The position numbers and the translations under genes are program-made. This document shows, piece after piece, positions 8,869-21,653 of a DNA stretch of 64,000 bases. Under the pieces are notes generated by a model. The model made no database searches, was not told where the DNA came from, and worked only from the letters and a program-made list of their open reading frames with translations. How positions within the stretch are numbered: position 1 is the first letter of the stretch; each line of letters starts with the position of its first letter. Origin of the DNA: an uncultured delta proteobacterium (GTDB lineage: Bacteria; Myxococcota_A; Polyangia; Palsa-1104); NCBI GenBank assembly GCA_963785725.1, contig CAWAWS010000007.1, positions 544,001 to 608,000 of the forward strand, given 5' to 3'.

Positions 8869-11800
8869 GTGAAGCGGTGCCCGGCCTGCGCGGCCGCCTG
8901 CTGGGACAGCCATCGCCACTGCCCTGCCTGCGGCGGAGATCTCAGCAACCTCGTTGCCGAGGAGGGTGATCCGTACATCGGCACGACCCTCGCGGCCAAG
9001 TACCATTTGACGGAGCTCATCGGCGTCGGTGCCATGGGTCGCGTCTATCGCGCCGAGCACCTGTCGCTCGATGCGCAGTGCGCCGTCAAGCTGCTGAATC
9101 CCGATGTCGCGGGCGATTCGTCCACGCTGCGCCGCTTCCAGACCGAAGCACGCGCCGCGTCACGATTGCGCCATCCGAATACGATTCAGGTGCTCGACTT
9201 CGGACAGTCGGACACCGGCCTGCTGTTTTTGGTCATGGAGCTCTTGCGCGGGCGAAATCTGGCGCAGGTCATCGCCGACGAGACGCCGCTGTCACCGTCG
9301 CGGCTGGTCGAGCTGCTCGGTCAGGCGCTGTCGGCGCTCGACGAAGCGCACGCGGCCGGCGTCGTGCACCGCGACTTCAAGCCCGAAAACATCTTCGTCG
9401 AGACGCTGCGCACCGGCAAAGAGCACGTCAAAGTCCTCGACTTCGGCATCGCCAAGCTGCGCGGCGAGAACGACAGCAACCTGACCTCGCGCGGCGCCGT
9501 CTGCGGCACGCCCGACTACATGAGCCCCGAGCAGATCCGCGGCGAAGAGCTCGATGCGCGCAGTGACGTGTACGCCGCCGGCGTCGTGCTCTACGAGACG
9601 ATGACCGGCACGCGACCGTTCGCCAGCGACGGGCCGCTCATCGACACCTTGATGTCGCATCTGAATCTGACGCCGCAGCCGCCGACGTTGCGCCGGCCCG
9701 ACTTGACGATCCCGAAAGCGATCGAAGCGGTGTGCTTGAAGGCGATGGAGAAGTCGCGCGAGCAGCGCTATCGCTCGGCGGCGGAGATGAAGTCGGCGCT
9801 CGAGCACGCCGTGCGCGGGATGGGCGAGCGCTGCAAGCAGTGCGGCACGGCGCTGCCGGGCACGGCGCGCTTTTGCCCGGAGTGCGGCGCAGTCTTGCGC
9901 GCCAGCGGGTCGTACGAGCTGACGCGCGCGGCGGCGGCGGTGGCGGCGCCGAATGTCGACGCGCAGAAGCTGGTCTTGCCGCTGCCGATGGTCGGGCGCG
10001 ACGACGTGCTGGCGCGCCTCGAAGGCTTGGCTGCCGAAGCCTTGTTGCTCGTCGGTGAGCCGGGCGTGGGCAAGACGGCGGTCGTCGAGCAGTGGGTCAA
10101 GCGCGAGGAGGGCCGCTTTCGCCGCGTGGCCGTCGCCGGCGCCGATCCGTCGGGCGCGCGCACGCCGTGGTATCCGATTCGGCGCGCGCTGGCGCAGCTG
10201 CTCGGCCTGTCGGAGCGGCCGGCGCGCGAGGATCTGGAGAAGGCGACGCGCGATCACCACGAAGATCGCGCGGGCTTGGCCGAGCTGTTCGGCTTCGGCG
10301 GCGCCGCGTCCAAGCTGTCGCACGATGTTCGTCGCCGCGAGTCGATCGCCGCGGCGCTCGGGACATTGCGGCGGACGTCGGGCGCGCTCATCTTCGAGGA
10401 CGCCGATCGCTACGATTCGCCGTCGCTGGGTGTGCTCGCCGAGCTGGTGTCGCTGCCGGGAACGGCGACGGTGCTGGTGACGGCGACGCGGGCCGAGGCG
10501 CTGGAAGCCGAGGTCGAGGTCGTGCGGCTGCCGCCGCTCGATTCGTTGGCGCTGAACGAGCTGGCGTTGCCGCCCGGCGTCGCCGAGCGCTCGGGCGGCA
10601 TTCCGCTCTTCGTCGTCGAGGAGCTGCGCGACGCGGCCGTCGGTGTGCCGCCCGATGACGTGAGCGCGCGCGCGGCCAAGTTGCCCGACACGGCGCGCAC
10701 CTTGCTCGAGGTCGCCGTCGTCGCCGGTGGTGACGTGCCGACTGCGGTGCTGGCGCACGCGGCCGGCCTCGGCGACGTCGGGCGGGCGCTGGCCGAGCTG
10801 TCGCTGCACGGCTTCATTCGCGCCACGCAGCAGCGGCTGGAATTGCCGTCGCCGACGTTGCGGCAGCAGCTCTACGATGCCATCGACCACGAGCGGCGCT
10901 GCAAGCTGCACGCGACGCTGGCTTCGCTGTTGGAGACGCGCGGCGCCGAGCCGGTCGTCGTCGCTCATCACGCCTATCGCGCGGGCGAGACGTCGCGTGT
11001 GGCGCTGCTCGAGCGCGCCGGCGACGCTGCGCGCCAAGGGTTCGACGACGACGCCGCCGTTCGCTGGTACCGCGCGGCGCTCGAGCGCGGCCGGCAGGCG
11101 CTCGCCGAAGGCGCCGGCGACGAGCGGACGCAGATTCGCCTGGCGCTCAAGCTGGCGCTGGTTCTGCGCTATCAGGGCGAGGTCGTGGCCTCCGAGAGCG
11201 TCTTGCGCGAGGCGCTGGAATTGGCGCAAGCGCGCGGCGATCGTTGGGCCGAAGTGCAAGCACTACGCGGACTTGCGTGGCTGGCACGGCAGTGGGAGAA
11301 CCTCGAGACGGCGCGCGACCACCTGACGCTGGCGCTGCAAGCGTCGCTCGGCGGCGGCGACGCGGGCACGCTGGCCGAGCTCTACCTCGAGCTCGCGGAG
11401 GTGCTGGTGCGCTCGGGCGACGTCGAAGGCGCCGAGCGTGAGCTGTGGGAGGGCCTGATGCTGGTGACCGCCGGCGATGGTCCCGAGGCCGATCGCGGTC
11501 CCGAGGTCATGTGGCGCCTCCTGTTGGCGCTGGCCGAGGTCGCGCGCCGCGGCCGGGACAGCGACGCCGCGCGCTCGTTCGCGATGCACGCCTTGCGGCA
11601 CGCCGAGCGCGTCGACCATCCCGTCGGGCGCGCGAAGACGCACACGTTCTTGGCCGAGCTGCTCGACGCGACGGCCAAGCCGGCGCAGGCGGTCGACCAT
11701 CGACGCAAGGCGATCGAAGAGCTGCGTCGCGTCGGCGATCGGCGGCAGACGGCCGAGCTGCTCATCGCGCTGGCCGATCCGCGCGGCGGCAACAGCGTCG

Positions 11801-11901
11801 ACGTGCGCGCCTGGCTGACGGAAGCCGACGCCTTGTCGGTGCAAGTGGGCTGGAACGAAGGCGTCGCCCGCTCGCGTGCGGCGCTTGCGCAGCTGCGATG
11901 A
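8869..11901 (+). CDS. Ser/Thr protein kinase with double Zn-ribbons, P-loop NTPase (STAND-like) and TPR-like C-terminus
   Basis: CPAC..CPAC; GVGAMG, HRDFKPEN, DFG, SPE; CKQC..CPEC; GEPGVGKT, LIFEDAD. GTG 8869 chosen because TATGCT lies 6 nt upstream. Confidence 0.9.
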   Translation: MKRCPACAAACWDSHRHCPACGGDLSNLVAEEGDPYIGTTLAAKYHLTELIGVGAMGRVYRAEHLSLDAQCAVKLLNPDVAGDSSTLRRFQTEARAASRLRHPNTIQVLDFGQSDTGLLFLVMELLRGRNLAQVIADETPLSPSRLVELLGQALSALDEAHAAGVVHRDFKPENIFVETLRTGKEHVKVLDFGIAKLRGENDSNLTSRGAVCGTPDYMSPEQIRGEELDARSDVYAAGVVLYETMTGTRPFASDGPLIDTLMSHLNLTPQPPTLRRPDLTIPKAIEAVCLKAMEKSREQRYRSAAEMKSALEHAVRGMGERCKQCGTALPGTARFCPECGAVLRASGSYELTRAAAAVAAPNVDAQKLVLPLPMVGRDDVLARLEGLAAEALLLVGEPGVGKTAVVEQWVKREEGRFRRVAVAGADPSGARTPWYPIRRALAQLLGLSERPAREDLEKATRDHHEDRAGLAELFGFGGAASKLSHDVRRRESIAAALGTLRRTSGALIFEDADRYDSPSLGVLAELVSLPGTATVLVTATRAEALEAEVEVVRLPPLDSLALNELALPPGVAERSGGIPLFVVEELRDAAVGVPPDDVSARAAKLPDTARTLLEVAVVAGGDVPTAVLAHAAGLGDVGRALAELSLHGFIRATQQRLELPSPTLRQQLYDAIDHERRCKLHATLASLLETRGAEPVVVAHHAYRAGETSRVALLERAGDAARQGFDDDAAVRWYRAALERGRQALAEGAGDERTQIRLALKLALVLRYQGEVVASESVLREALELAQARGDRWAEVQALRGLAWLARQWENLETARDHLTLALQASLGGGDAGTLAELYLELAEVLVRSGDVEGAERELWEGLMLVTAGDGPEADRGPEVMWRLLLALAEVARRGRDSDAARSFAMHALRHAERVDHPVGRAKTHTFLAELLDATAKPAQAVDHRRKAIEELRRVGDRRQTAELLIALADPRGGNSVDVRAWLTEADALSVQVGWNEGVARSRAALAQLR

Positions 11902-12066
11902 AGTGCGCAACTTCGAGGCGCGGCTAACGTTTACGATGGAATGACTTCAACGTCGGACCAGCCAGTGACCGAGGAGCGCCGGCGCCGGTTGGGCCCGCGG
12001 TAAGGCCTGCTCCTTGAAGGCGAAAGGTCAGGCGCTTAGGCTGCTTGGAAGGAGATCGATCACGTC

Positions 12067-13917
<1,851 letters not shown>

Positions 13918-13927
13918 TCCGCGTTCG

Positions 13928-14413
13928 ATGACCAAGCTGACGCACTTCGATGACGCCGGCGTCGCCCGCATGGTCGACGTCGGCGCCAAGGCCGAGACCG
14001 AGCGCGTGGCCGTGGCCGCGGGCGCGGTCGAGATGGAGCCGGCGACGTTGGCGGCGATTCGCGCCGGCTCGATCGCCAAAGGCGACGTGCTCGGCATCGC
14101 GCGCATGGCGGCGATCGCGGGCCTAAAGCGCACGGCGGAGCTGATTCCGCTGTGCCATCCGGTGCGCGTGACGGCGGTCGACGTCGCGCTCACGCCGTTC
14201 GATGACGGCGGGCGGCCGCGCGTCGAGATTCGCGCGACGGTGCGCGCGTTCGATCGCACCGGCGTCGAGATGGAGGCGCTGACGGCGGTGACGCTGGCGG
14301 GCCTGACGATCTACGACATGTGCAAGGCGATCGATCGTGGCATGCGGCTCGGCGACGTGCGCCTCCTGGAAAAGCACGGCGGTAAATCGGGCGACTGGAC
14401 GCGGGAAACCTGA
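13928..14413 (+). CDS. moaC: Cyclic pyranopterin monophosphate synthase
   Basis: LTHFD...[35 protein letters not shown]. Confidence 0.97.
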   Translation: MTKLTHFDDAGVARMVDVGAKAETERVAVAAGAVEMEPATLAAIRAGSIAKGDVLGIARMAAIAGLKRTAELIPLCHPVRVTAVDVALTPFDDGGRPRVEIRATVRAFDRTGVEMEALTAVTLAGLTIYDMCKAIDRGMRLGDVRLLEKHGGKSGDWTRET

Positions 14414-14442
14414 TCTACACTTCCGCGCGAGGAGCCCATCCC

Positions 14443-16183
14443 ATGCAAGCTGCGCAGAGCGTCGACGTTTCCGCGAAGATTCCGCAGTCCACGGCGCGCC
14501 CGGAGCTCGACGCGACGTTGAACAAGCTGCGCGCCGCCGCGACCGGCTGGGCGCGCGCGCCGATCGCCGATCGCATCGCGCTCGCGAAGAAGATGCTCGA
14601 CGGCTACGTGGCCATCGCCGAAGCCAGCGTGCTCGCCGGCTGCCACGCCAAGGGCATCGATCCGAATTCGCCGCTGGCGTCGGAGGAGTGGTTCGCCGGG
14701 CCGGGCATCGTCGTGCGCAATTTGCGGCTGTTGATCGAGACGCTGCAGCGGCTGGAAGCGGGGCGGCCGTCGCTCGATCCGGCGCGCGTGCGCACGCGGC
14801 CCGATGGTCGCGTCGTCGTCGAGGCGTTTCCGGCGAGCGGCATCGACAAAGTGCTGTTCGCGGGCTTCACGGCGGAGATTTGGATTCAGCCGGGCATCAC
14901 GGCGCCGCAGGTCGTCGATCGCGCGGCCAAGCTGTACAAGACGCCGATCGCAGAGCGCGAAGGCAAAGTCTCGCTGGTGCTCGGCGCCGGCAACGTCGCG
15001 GCCATTCCGCCGACCGACGCCATCCACAAGATGTTCGTCGAGGGCAAGGTCTGCCTCGTCAAGATGAACCCGGTCAACGCGCACGTCGGGCCGTTCATCG
15101 AGAAGGCGTTCGCCGCCGCCGTCGAGCGCGGCCTCATCGCCGTGTGCTACGGCGGCGCCGACGTCGGCAGCTACTTGGTCGAGCATCCCAACGTCGACGA
15201 GATCCACATCACCGGCTCGGACAAGACGCACGACTTGATGGTCTGGGGACCGCCCGGCGCCGAGCGCGACGCCCGCAAAGCGCGCAAAGAGCCGCTGCTG
15301 AAGAAAGAGATCACGAGCGAGCTCGGCAACGTCTCGCCGGTGATCGTCGTGCCCGGGCCTTACAGCGACGCGGAGCTCAAATTTCAGGGCGAGAGCATCA
15401 CGGCCGCCATCGCCAACAACGCGTCGTTCAACTGCAACTCGGCCAAGCTCATGATCTCGGCCGACGGCTGGGACGGGCGCGACAAGCTCAAGCGCTCGAT
15501 CGCCGACGCGCTGGCGCAGACGCCGGTGCGCAAAGCCTACTATCCGGGCGCCGAGCAGCGCTGGAACGAGCTCGTCGGCTCGCACGCGACGGTCAAGCGC
15601 ATCGGCGACACGACGCCGGGCACGCTGCAGTGGGCGATGATCGAAGACATCGACTCCAGCGGCGACGACAAAGTGTTCTCGATGGAGCCGTGGTGCTCGG
15701 TCATCAGCGAGACGACGCTGGGCGGAAGCGATCCGATCGCGTTCCTCGACAGCGCCGTCGAGTTCGTGAACGGCAAAGTGTGGGGCACCTTGTCGGCGAC
15801 GATCATCGTGCATCCGAAGACGCTGCAAGATCCGGCGTTCGCGGCGGCGCTCGATCGCGCGGTGCAGAAGCTGCGCTACGGCACGGTCAGCATCAACCAC
15901 TGGCCGGCGCTCGGCTTCGCGCTGGGGCACGACGCCGTGGGGCGGCCATCCGTCGTCGACGCTGGAGGACATTCAGAGCGGCGTCGGCTTCGTGCACAAC
16001 ACGTACATGCTCGAGGACATCGAGAAGTGCGTCATTCGCGGGCCGCTCGTCGTCAATCCGAAGCCGAGCTGGTTCGCCAATCACAAGACCGCGGGCGAGA
16101 TCGGACGGCGGCTGGTGAAGATGGAAGCGGCGCCGTCGCTGTTGAAGCTGCCCGGCCTCGTGTTCAACGCGCTGCGCGGCTGA
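14443..16183 (+). CDS. Aldehyde dehydrogenase family protein (apparent frameshift near 15930)
   Basis: LVLGAGN, KMNPVN, HITGS, SELGNVSP, catalytic ASFNC; C-terminus continues in the 15992-16183 frame. Confidence 0.85.
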
Positions 16184-16315
16184 TCACAGCGCGTCCGCTC
16201 GCCGCCTCGTCAATTCTCGACTGAATTCCAAGAGCTGCGATAGCGCGCCGATCGGCCGTTGCGCCGCTCGCGACGCGATGCAACGCTGGTCGCCGTCATG
16301 TGGTCGAAGCATCGA

Positions 16316-16498
16316 ATGCGACATTGCGGATTGATCGTGGGAGCGCTGGCGCTGGCCGGCTGCTTGGGGCCGACGCACTTCAAGTCGCGCACGGGCCGCG
16401 TCTTGGAGACGGTGACGGCGGTCGGCGCGGCGGCGGCGGGCGAGGCGGCGTCGCGCTCGCGCAACGACCTGCAGCCGATGCCGCCGCTGGTTCCCTGA
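16316..16498 (+). CDS. Small putative lipoprotein
   Basis: MRHCGLIVGALALAGC lipobox; fills an intergenic gap. Confidence 0.5.
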   Translation: MRHCGLIVGALALAGCLGPTHFKSRTGRVLETVTAVGAAAAGEAASRSRNDLQPMPPLVP

Positions 16499-16834
16499 TT
16501 ACGGCGTCTTCGTGATCGGCAGCTTGGCTTCGTTCCAGGCGATCATGCCGCCGGTCAAGACGCGCACGGCGAAGCCTTGGCCGGCCCAAAACGTCGCCGC
16601 TTGGCCGGCGCGCATGCCGCTGCGGCAGATCGAGATGATCTCGCGCGTCTCGCCCTTCAATTTACCGACGTTTGCCTGCACCGTGCCGAGCGGCATCAGC
16701 TCGGCGCCGTCGATGTGGCCGAGGTCGGACACCCACTCGTTGGGCTCGCGCACGTCGATGAGGCGCGGCGGCGAGTCGCTGTCGATGAGCTGCTTGAGGT
16801 CGGTCGCGGTGATGGGCGGCAGCGGTTGGCTCAT
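16499..16834 (-). CDS. Single-domain rhodanese-like protein
   Basis: LIDVREPNEW, GHIDGA, ICRSGMRA, GGMIAW. Confidence 0.92.
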   Translation of the reverse strand: MSQPLPPITATDLKQLIDSDSPPRLIDVREPNEWVSDLGHIDGAELMPLGTVQANVGKLKGETREIISICRSGMRAGQAATFWAGQGFAVRVLTGGMIAWNEAKLPITKTP

Positions 16835-16915
16835 GCCGAATTTCTAGCACAGCAGGCGCGCGCGCGACATCGGCGGCGTGCGTGAAAGCCGCGTCGCCGT
16901 AAGCATGGGCGCGCG

Positions 16916-17422
16916 TCAGCGGCGGAGGCGTTGCCAGCCGCGCGGCGGGCGCGTCGTGCCGGCGCGGACGCGGGCGATGACGTCGTCGAGCTCGCGCACG
17001 AAGTCGGCCGGCGCTTCGTCGGGCGCGAAGCCTTCGACGCTGAAGCCGCGGCCGCTGCAATCGATGACGGCCAGGCGCGGCACGCTGACGTTGGCGCGGT
17101 GGAAGAAGCGGGCGTAGAGCGGTTTACCGTCGGTGAGGAGCGGCATCGTCAGCTTGCGCGCGGCGAAGAGCCGGCGCGCGTCGGCCGCGCCCGCGCCGTC
17201 TTCGACGCTGATGGCGACGACGCGCGTGGCTCGTCCGTCGACGTGCGCCGCCAACGCCGCCAGCGACGGCAGCTCGGCGACACAAGGCGGACACCAGGTG
17301 GCCCAAAAGGAGACGACGGTGACGTCGCCTTGCAGCGCGGCGAACGCGACGTCAGGCTCGCCGGCGCGCGCGGCTGCCGTCAGCGACAGCAGCGCGAGCG
17401 CGGCGAGCGCCAGGCGGGACAT
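16916..17422 (-). CDS. TlpA/ResA-like thiol-disulfide oxidoreductase
   Basis: Signal peptide; FWATWCPPCVAELP; overlaps the sucB stop. Confidence 0.85.
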   Translation of the reverse strand: MSRLALAALALLSLTAAARAGEPDVAFAALQGDVTVVSFWATWCPPCVAELPSLAALAAHVDGRATRVVAISVEDGAGAADARRLFAARKLTMPLLTDGKPLYARFFHRANVSVPRLAVIDCSGRGFSVEGFAPDEAPADFVRELDDVIARVRAGTTRPPRGWQRLRR

Positions 17423-18741
17423 CAGACCTCGAGGATGAGCCGCTCGGGGTTTTCGAGGCGCTCTTTGACGCCGACGAGGAACTGCACCGCCTCGCGACCG
17501 TCGACGACGCGATGATCGTACGACAAGGCGACGTACATCATCGGGCGCAGCTCGATCGCGTCACCGACCGCCATCGGCCGCTTGGTGATGTTGTGCATGC
17601 CCAAGATGCCGGTCTGCGGCATGTTCAACAGCGGCGTCGACATCATCGAGCCGTAGATGCCGCCGTTGGAGATCGAGAACGTGCCGCCCGACAGGTCCTC
17701 GAGCGTGAGCGTGTTGTCCTTCGCTTTGCCGGCGAGGCGCGCGATCTCTTTCTCGATGCCGGCCAAGCTCGAGCTGATCGACGCTGCGGATGACGGGCAC
17801 GACGAGGCCCTTGCCGCCACCGACGGCGATGCCGAAGTCGTAGTGCTTCTTGTAGATGATGTCGTCGCCGCGCACCTCGGCGTTGACGCCGGGATAGAGC
17901 TTGAGCGACTCGACGCAGGCGCTGAACGAAGAAGCGACATGAAGCCGAGCTTGATGCCGTGGCGCTTGACGAAGTCGTCCTGATACTTCGCGCGCAGCGA
18001 CATGATGTTCGTCATGTCCACTTCGTTGAACGTCGTCAGAATCGCCGCCGTGTGCTGCGCTTCGACGAGCCGTTGCGCGATGCGCTTGCGCAGCGGCGAC
18101 ATGGCGACGGCCTCTTCGTGCTCACCGACGGTCGGCGGCGGCTGCGGCCCGCGCGACTGCTGCGTGGCGACTCCTGGCGGCGCCGCGTACGACGTCGGCG
18201 CTTCGTAGCTGGCGCCCTCGCGGATCGCCTTGCGGACCGACGGTGGCAGCGTCTTCGAGTGCGGCACCGTCGCGGCCGGCTCCTGACCGGCCGTCTCCAC
18301 CGCCGGCACCGTGGCCGAGCGCGGCGCGGGCGCCATCTGCTCGACCGGACCGCCGACGACCTTCGGGCCTTCGGCGGCCGTCACGGCCACGGCCTTGGCC
18401 GGCTGACCGAGCGCCGCCGGTTGCGCGAGCGTCGCCGCCGCGGCGAGCTCGCCGGCGGCCGGCTTCTTGGCTTCGCCATTGGCCGGCGGCGCGACTTGCG
18501 CAGCGGCGCCGGTGGCGATGATGCCGATGATCTCGCCGATCTTCACCGTATCGCCAACGGCGAACCGCTGCTCGGAGAGCACGCCGGCCGCGGGCGCCGG
18601 CAGCGCCACCGAGACCTTGTCGGTCTCGAGGTCGACCACCGGCTCGTCGACTGCGATGGGCTCGCCCACCTTCTTGAGCCACTTGCCAATCACCGCCTCG
18701 GAGATCGATTCTCCGAGCTTGGGAATCACCAGATCAGCCAT
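17422..18741 (-). CDS. sucB: 2-oxoglutarate dehydrogenase E2 dihydrolipoyl succinyltransferase (apparent frameshifts near 17765 and 17935)
   Basis: [15 protein letters not shown], lipoyl [29 protein letters not shown]. Confidence 0.95.
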   Translation of the reverse strand: MADLVIPKLGESISEAVIGKWLKKVGEPIAVDEPVVDLETDKVSVALPAPAAGVLSEQRFAVGDTVKIGEIIGIIATGAAAQVAPPANGEAKKPAAGELAAAATLAQPAALGQPAKAVAVTAAEGPKVVGGPVEQMAPAPRSATVPAVETAGQEPAATVPHSKTLPPSVRKAIREGASYEAPTSYAAPPGVATQQSRGPQPPPTVGEHEEAVAMSPLRKRIAQRLVEAQHTAAILTTFNEVDMTNIMSLRAKYQDDFVKRHGIKLGFMSLLRSAPASSRSSSIPASTPRCAATTSSTRSTTTSASPSVAARASSCPSSAASISSSLAGIEKEIARLAGKAKDNTLTLEDLSGGTFSISNGGIYGSMMSTPLLNMPQTGILGMHNITKRPMAVGDAIELRPMMYVALSYDHRVVDGREAVQFLVGVKERLENPERLILEV

Positions 18742-18749
18742 GCTTCCTC

Positions 18750-21625
18750 TTACCCTAATTGGTCGACGGGCGCGAACGCCTGATTGACGATGCGCTGCTG
18801 TTCGAGGAGATGCGCCTTGTGCGAGCCCGTCGCCGGGCTGGCCGATTCGGCGCGCGCCACGACATGCACGCTGCGATGCCCGGCCACTTCCAGCAGCCGA
18901 ACGTAGATGAAGTGGTGCGCGCCCATGTTGAGCGGCTCCTCTTGGACCCACACGACCTCTTCCGCCTGCGCGTAGGTGTCGAGCGCGCCGGCCAAGTCGC
19001 GGGCCGAGATGGGATAGAGCTGCTCGATGCGCATGATGGCCGTCGTGTCGTCGCTGCGGCGCGTCCGCTCCTCGGCCAGCTCGTAGTAGATCTTGCCGGT
19101 GCAGAGGATGACGCGCTTGACGCGATCGCGATGCGGCGGCGTCGGATCGTCGAGGATGCGCTGGAACTGGCCGTCGGACAGCTCCTTCAGATCCGAGCGC
19201 GCCGCCGGCAAGCGCAACAGCGACTTGGGCGTCATGACGACGAGCGGCTTGCGCAGCTTGCGCACGACCTGACGGCGCAGCAAGTGGAAGAACTGCGCCG
19301 GCGTCGTCGGAATGACGACCTGCATGTTGTCCTCGGCGCACAGCTCCAAGAAGCGCTCGAAGCGCGCGCGACGAGTGCTCCGGCCCTTGGCCTTCGAAGC
19401 CGTGCGGCAGTAAGAGCACCAAGCCGGACAAGCGGTTCCACTTGTCCTCCGCCGACGAGATGTATTGATCGATGACCATCTGCGCGCCGTTCACGAAGTC
19501 GCCGAACTGCGCTTCCCAGGCCACGAGCGCGTCGGGATAGTCGAGCGAGTAGCCGAACTCGAAGCCGAGCACGGCCGCCTCCGACAGCGGCGAATCGTAG
19601 ATGCGCAGCGGCGCCTGATCGGGCCGAGATGTGCTCGAGCGGCATGTACTCTTGCGCCGTCTTCTGATCGACGAGGCAGGCGTGGCGATGGCTGAACGTG
19701 CCGCGCCGCGAGTCCTGACCCGACAGCCGCACCATGTGGCCTTCGTCGACGAGCGAGCCGAACGCCAGATGCTCGGCCATGCCCCAATCGAGCGGCGTCT
19801 CGCCGCGACCCATCTGCGCGCGCGTCGTCATCAGCTTGGCGACGACGCGATGCGGATTGAAGTCGCTCGGGCAGCGTCGTGATGCGCTCCGAGATGCGCT
19901 GCAGATCGGCGCGCGCGAACCGAGGTCTTCACCTCCGGCGTCGCCGTGTCGGGACCGCCGCGATAGCCTTCCCAGTAGCCGGTGCCGAACGCCGGCCGCG
20001 GGCGCACCGAGCGCTTCGACTGGAACGCCTCGTTCAGCTTCTGGTGCTCGCGGCCGACGATCGCGTCCGCTTCCGCAGGCGTAATCAGCGCGCGCTCGAC
20101 CAGCTCCTTGGCGTACAGCGTACGCACCGTCGGATGCTGCTCGATCTTCTGGTACATGAGCGGCTGCGTGAAGCTCGGCTCGTCGGCCTCGTTGTGGCCG
20201 TACTTGCGGTAGCAGTACATGTCGATGACGACGTCGGAGTGGAACTGCTTGCGATAGTCCATCGCCAGCCGCACCACTTGCGCCACCGCCTCGGGATGGT
20301 CGCCGTTGACGTGGAAGATCGGCACTTGGATGCCCTTGGCCACGTCGGTGCAGTAAGGCGTCGAGCGCGACTCCGTCGGCGACGTCGTAAAGCCGATCTG
20401 GTTGTTGACGATGATGTGCACCGTGCCGCCGGTGCGATAGCCGCGCAGCGACGTGAGGTTCAAACACTCGGCGACGAGGCCTTGGCCGGCGAACGCCGCG
20501 TCGCCATGCACGAGGACGCCGAGCACGCGCTCGCGCACCTCGTCACCGCGACGGCGCTGCTTGGCGCGCACGCGACCGTGCACGATGGGATCGACCGCCT
20601 CGAGATGGCGTCGGGTTGAACGCCAGCGACAGGTGCAGCTCGTGGCCGGCGCGCGTCACGCGGTCGGCGGAGTAGCCGAGGTGATACTTCACGTCGCCGC
20701 CGCCGAACATGGACTCGGGATCGATGTCCTCGAACTCGGCGAAGAGGTCGCTCGGCGACTTGCCCATGACGTTGACGAGCACGTTCAGGCGGCCGCGGTG
20801 CGACATGCCGAAGACGATCTCGTCGACGCCATGCAAGCCCGAGCGCTCGACGATCAGCTCCAACATCGGAATCAGCGACTCGCCGCCTTCCAGGCTGAAG
20901 CGCTTGGTGCCGACGTACTTGGTGTGGATGAAGTTCTCCAGCACCTCGGCCGCGGCGACCTTCTCCAGGATGTAGAGCTGCGTGTTGCGATCGATCGGCG
21001 GCGCGTTGAGCACCGGCTCCATCCGCTCTTGCAGCCAGGCGCGCTTCATGACGTCGGAGATGTGGTTCATCTCGACGCCGATGTTCTCGCAGTACGTCGC
21101 GCGCAGCCGCTTCATCAGCTCGCGCAGCGTCACGGCGCCGGTGCCGTAGAAGCCGCCCGACGGCATGACGACGTCGAGATCGGCGTCGGAGAAGCCGTAG
21201 GCGCGCGGATCGAGCTCGGGCTGCGGCTCGTGCTGCAGCTGCTCGAGCGGATCGAGCTTGGCGACCATGTGGCCGCGGGCGCGGTGCGCGTTGACGAGGC
21301 CGAACGTGCGACCGAAGCGCGCTTCCGACGGCCCGAGGCCCATCGTCGTTTCCGGCGCCGTGAACGGCAAGATCGTCTTGAGCGCTTGCTGCTCGTGCGC
21401 TTGACGGGCGACTTGGCCGTTGCCGTTGCCGTTCGCGTGATGGCCGTTGCCGTTCTGCGGCGACGACGTGGTCACGGTGAGGCCAAATGACCCCAGCTCG
21501 GCGGCGCCGCTTTCGAAGAGCGCACGCCAAGAAGGATCGACGGAGGCGGGGTTGGCTTGATAGCGCGCCCACAGTTCGTCGACGAAGGGGAGGTTGTTCG
21601 CGAGGCTCAGTAGGTCAGTAGACAT
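18750..21625 (-). CDS. sucA: 2-oxoglutarate dehydrogenase E1 (several apparent frameshifts)
   Basis: [73 protein letters not shown]. Confidence 0.96.
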
Positions 21626-21653
21626 GACGAGTGATCATACATATAAAGCGTTC

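Noticed and set aside
11960..12060. Canonical glmS ribozyme
   Set aside because: AGCGCC is present, but the conserved GACGAGG core and pseudoknot arrangement downstream are not.
14443..16183. Aldehyde dehydrogenase as additional BMC cargo
   Set aside because: No distinct linker-separated encapsulation helix, and it does not resemble acylating PduP/EutE-type enzymes.
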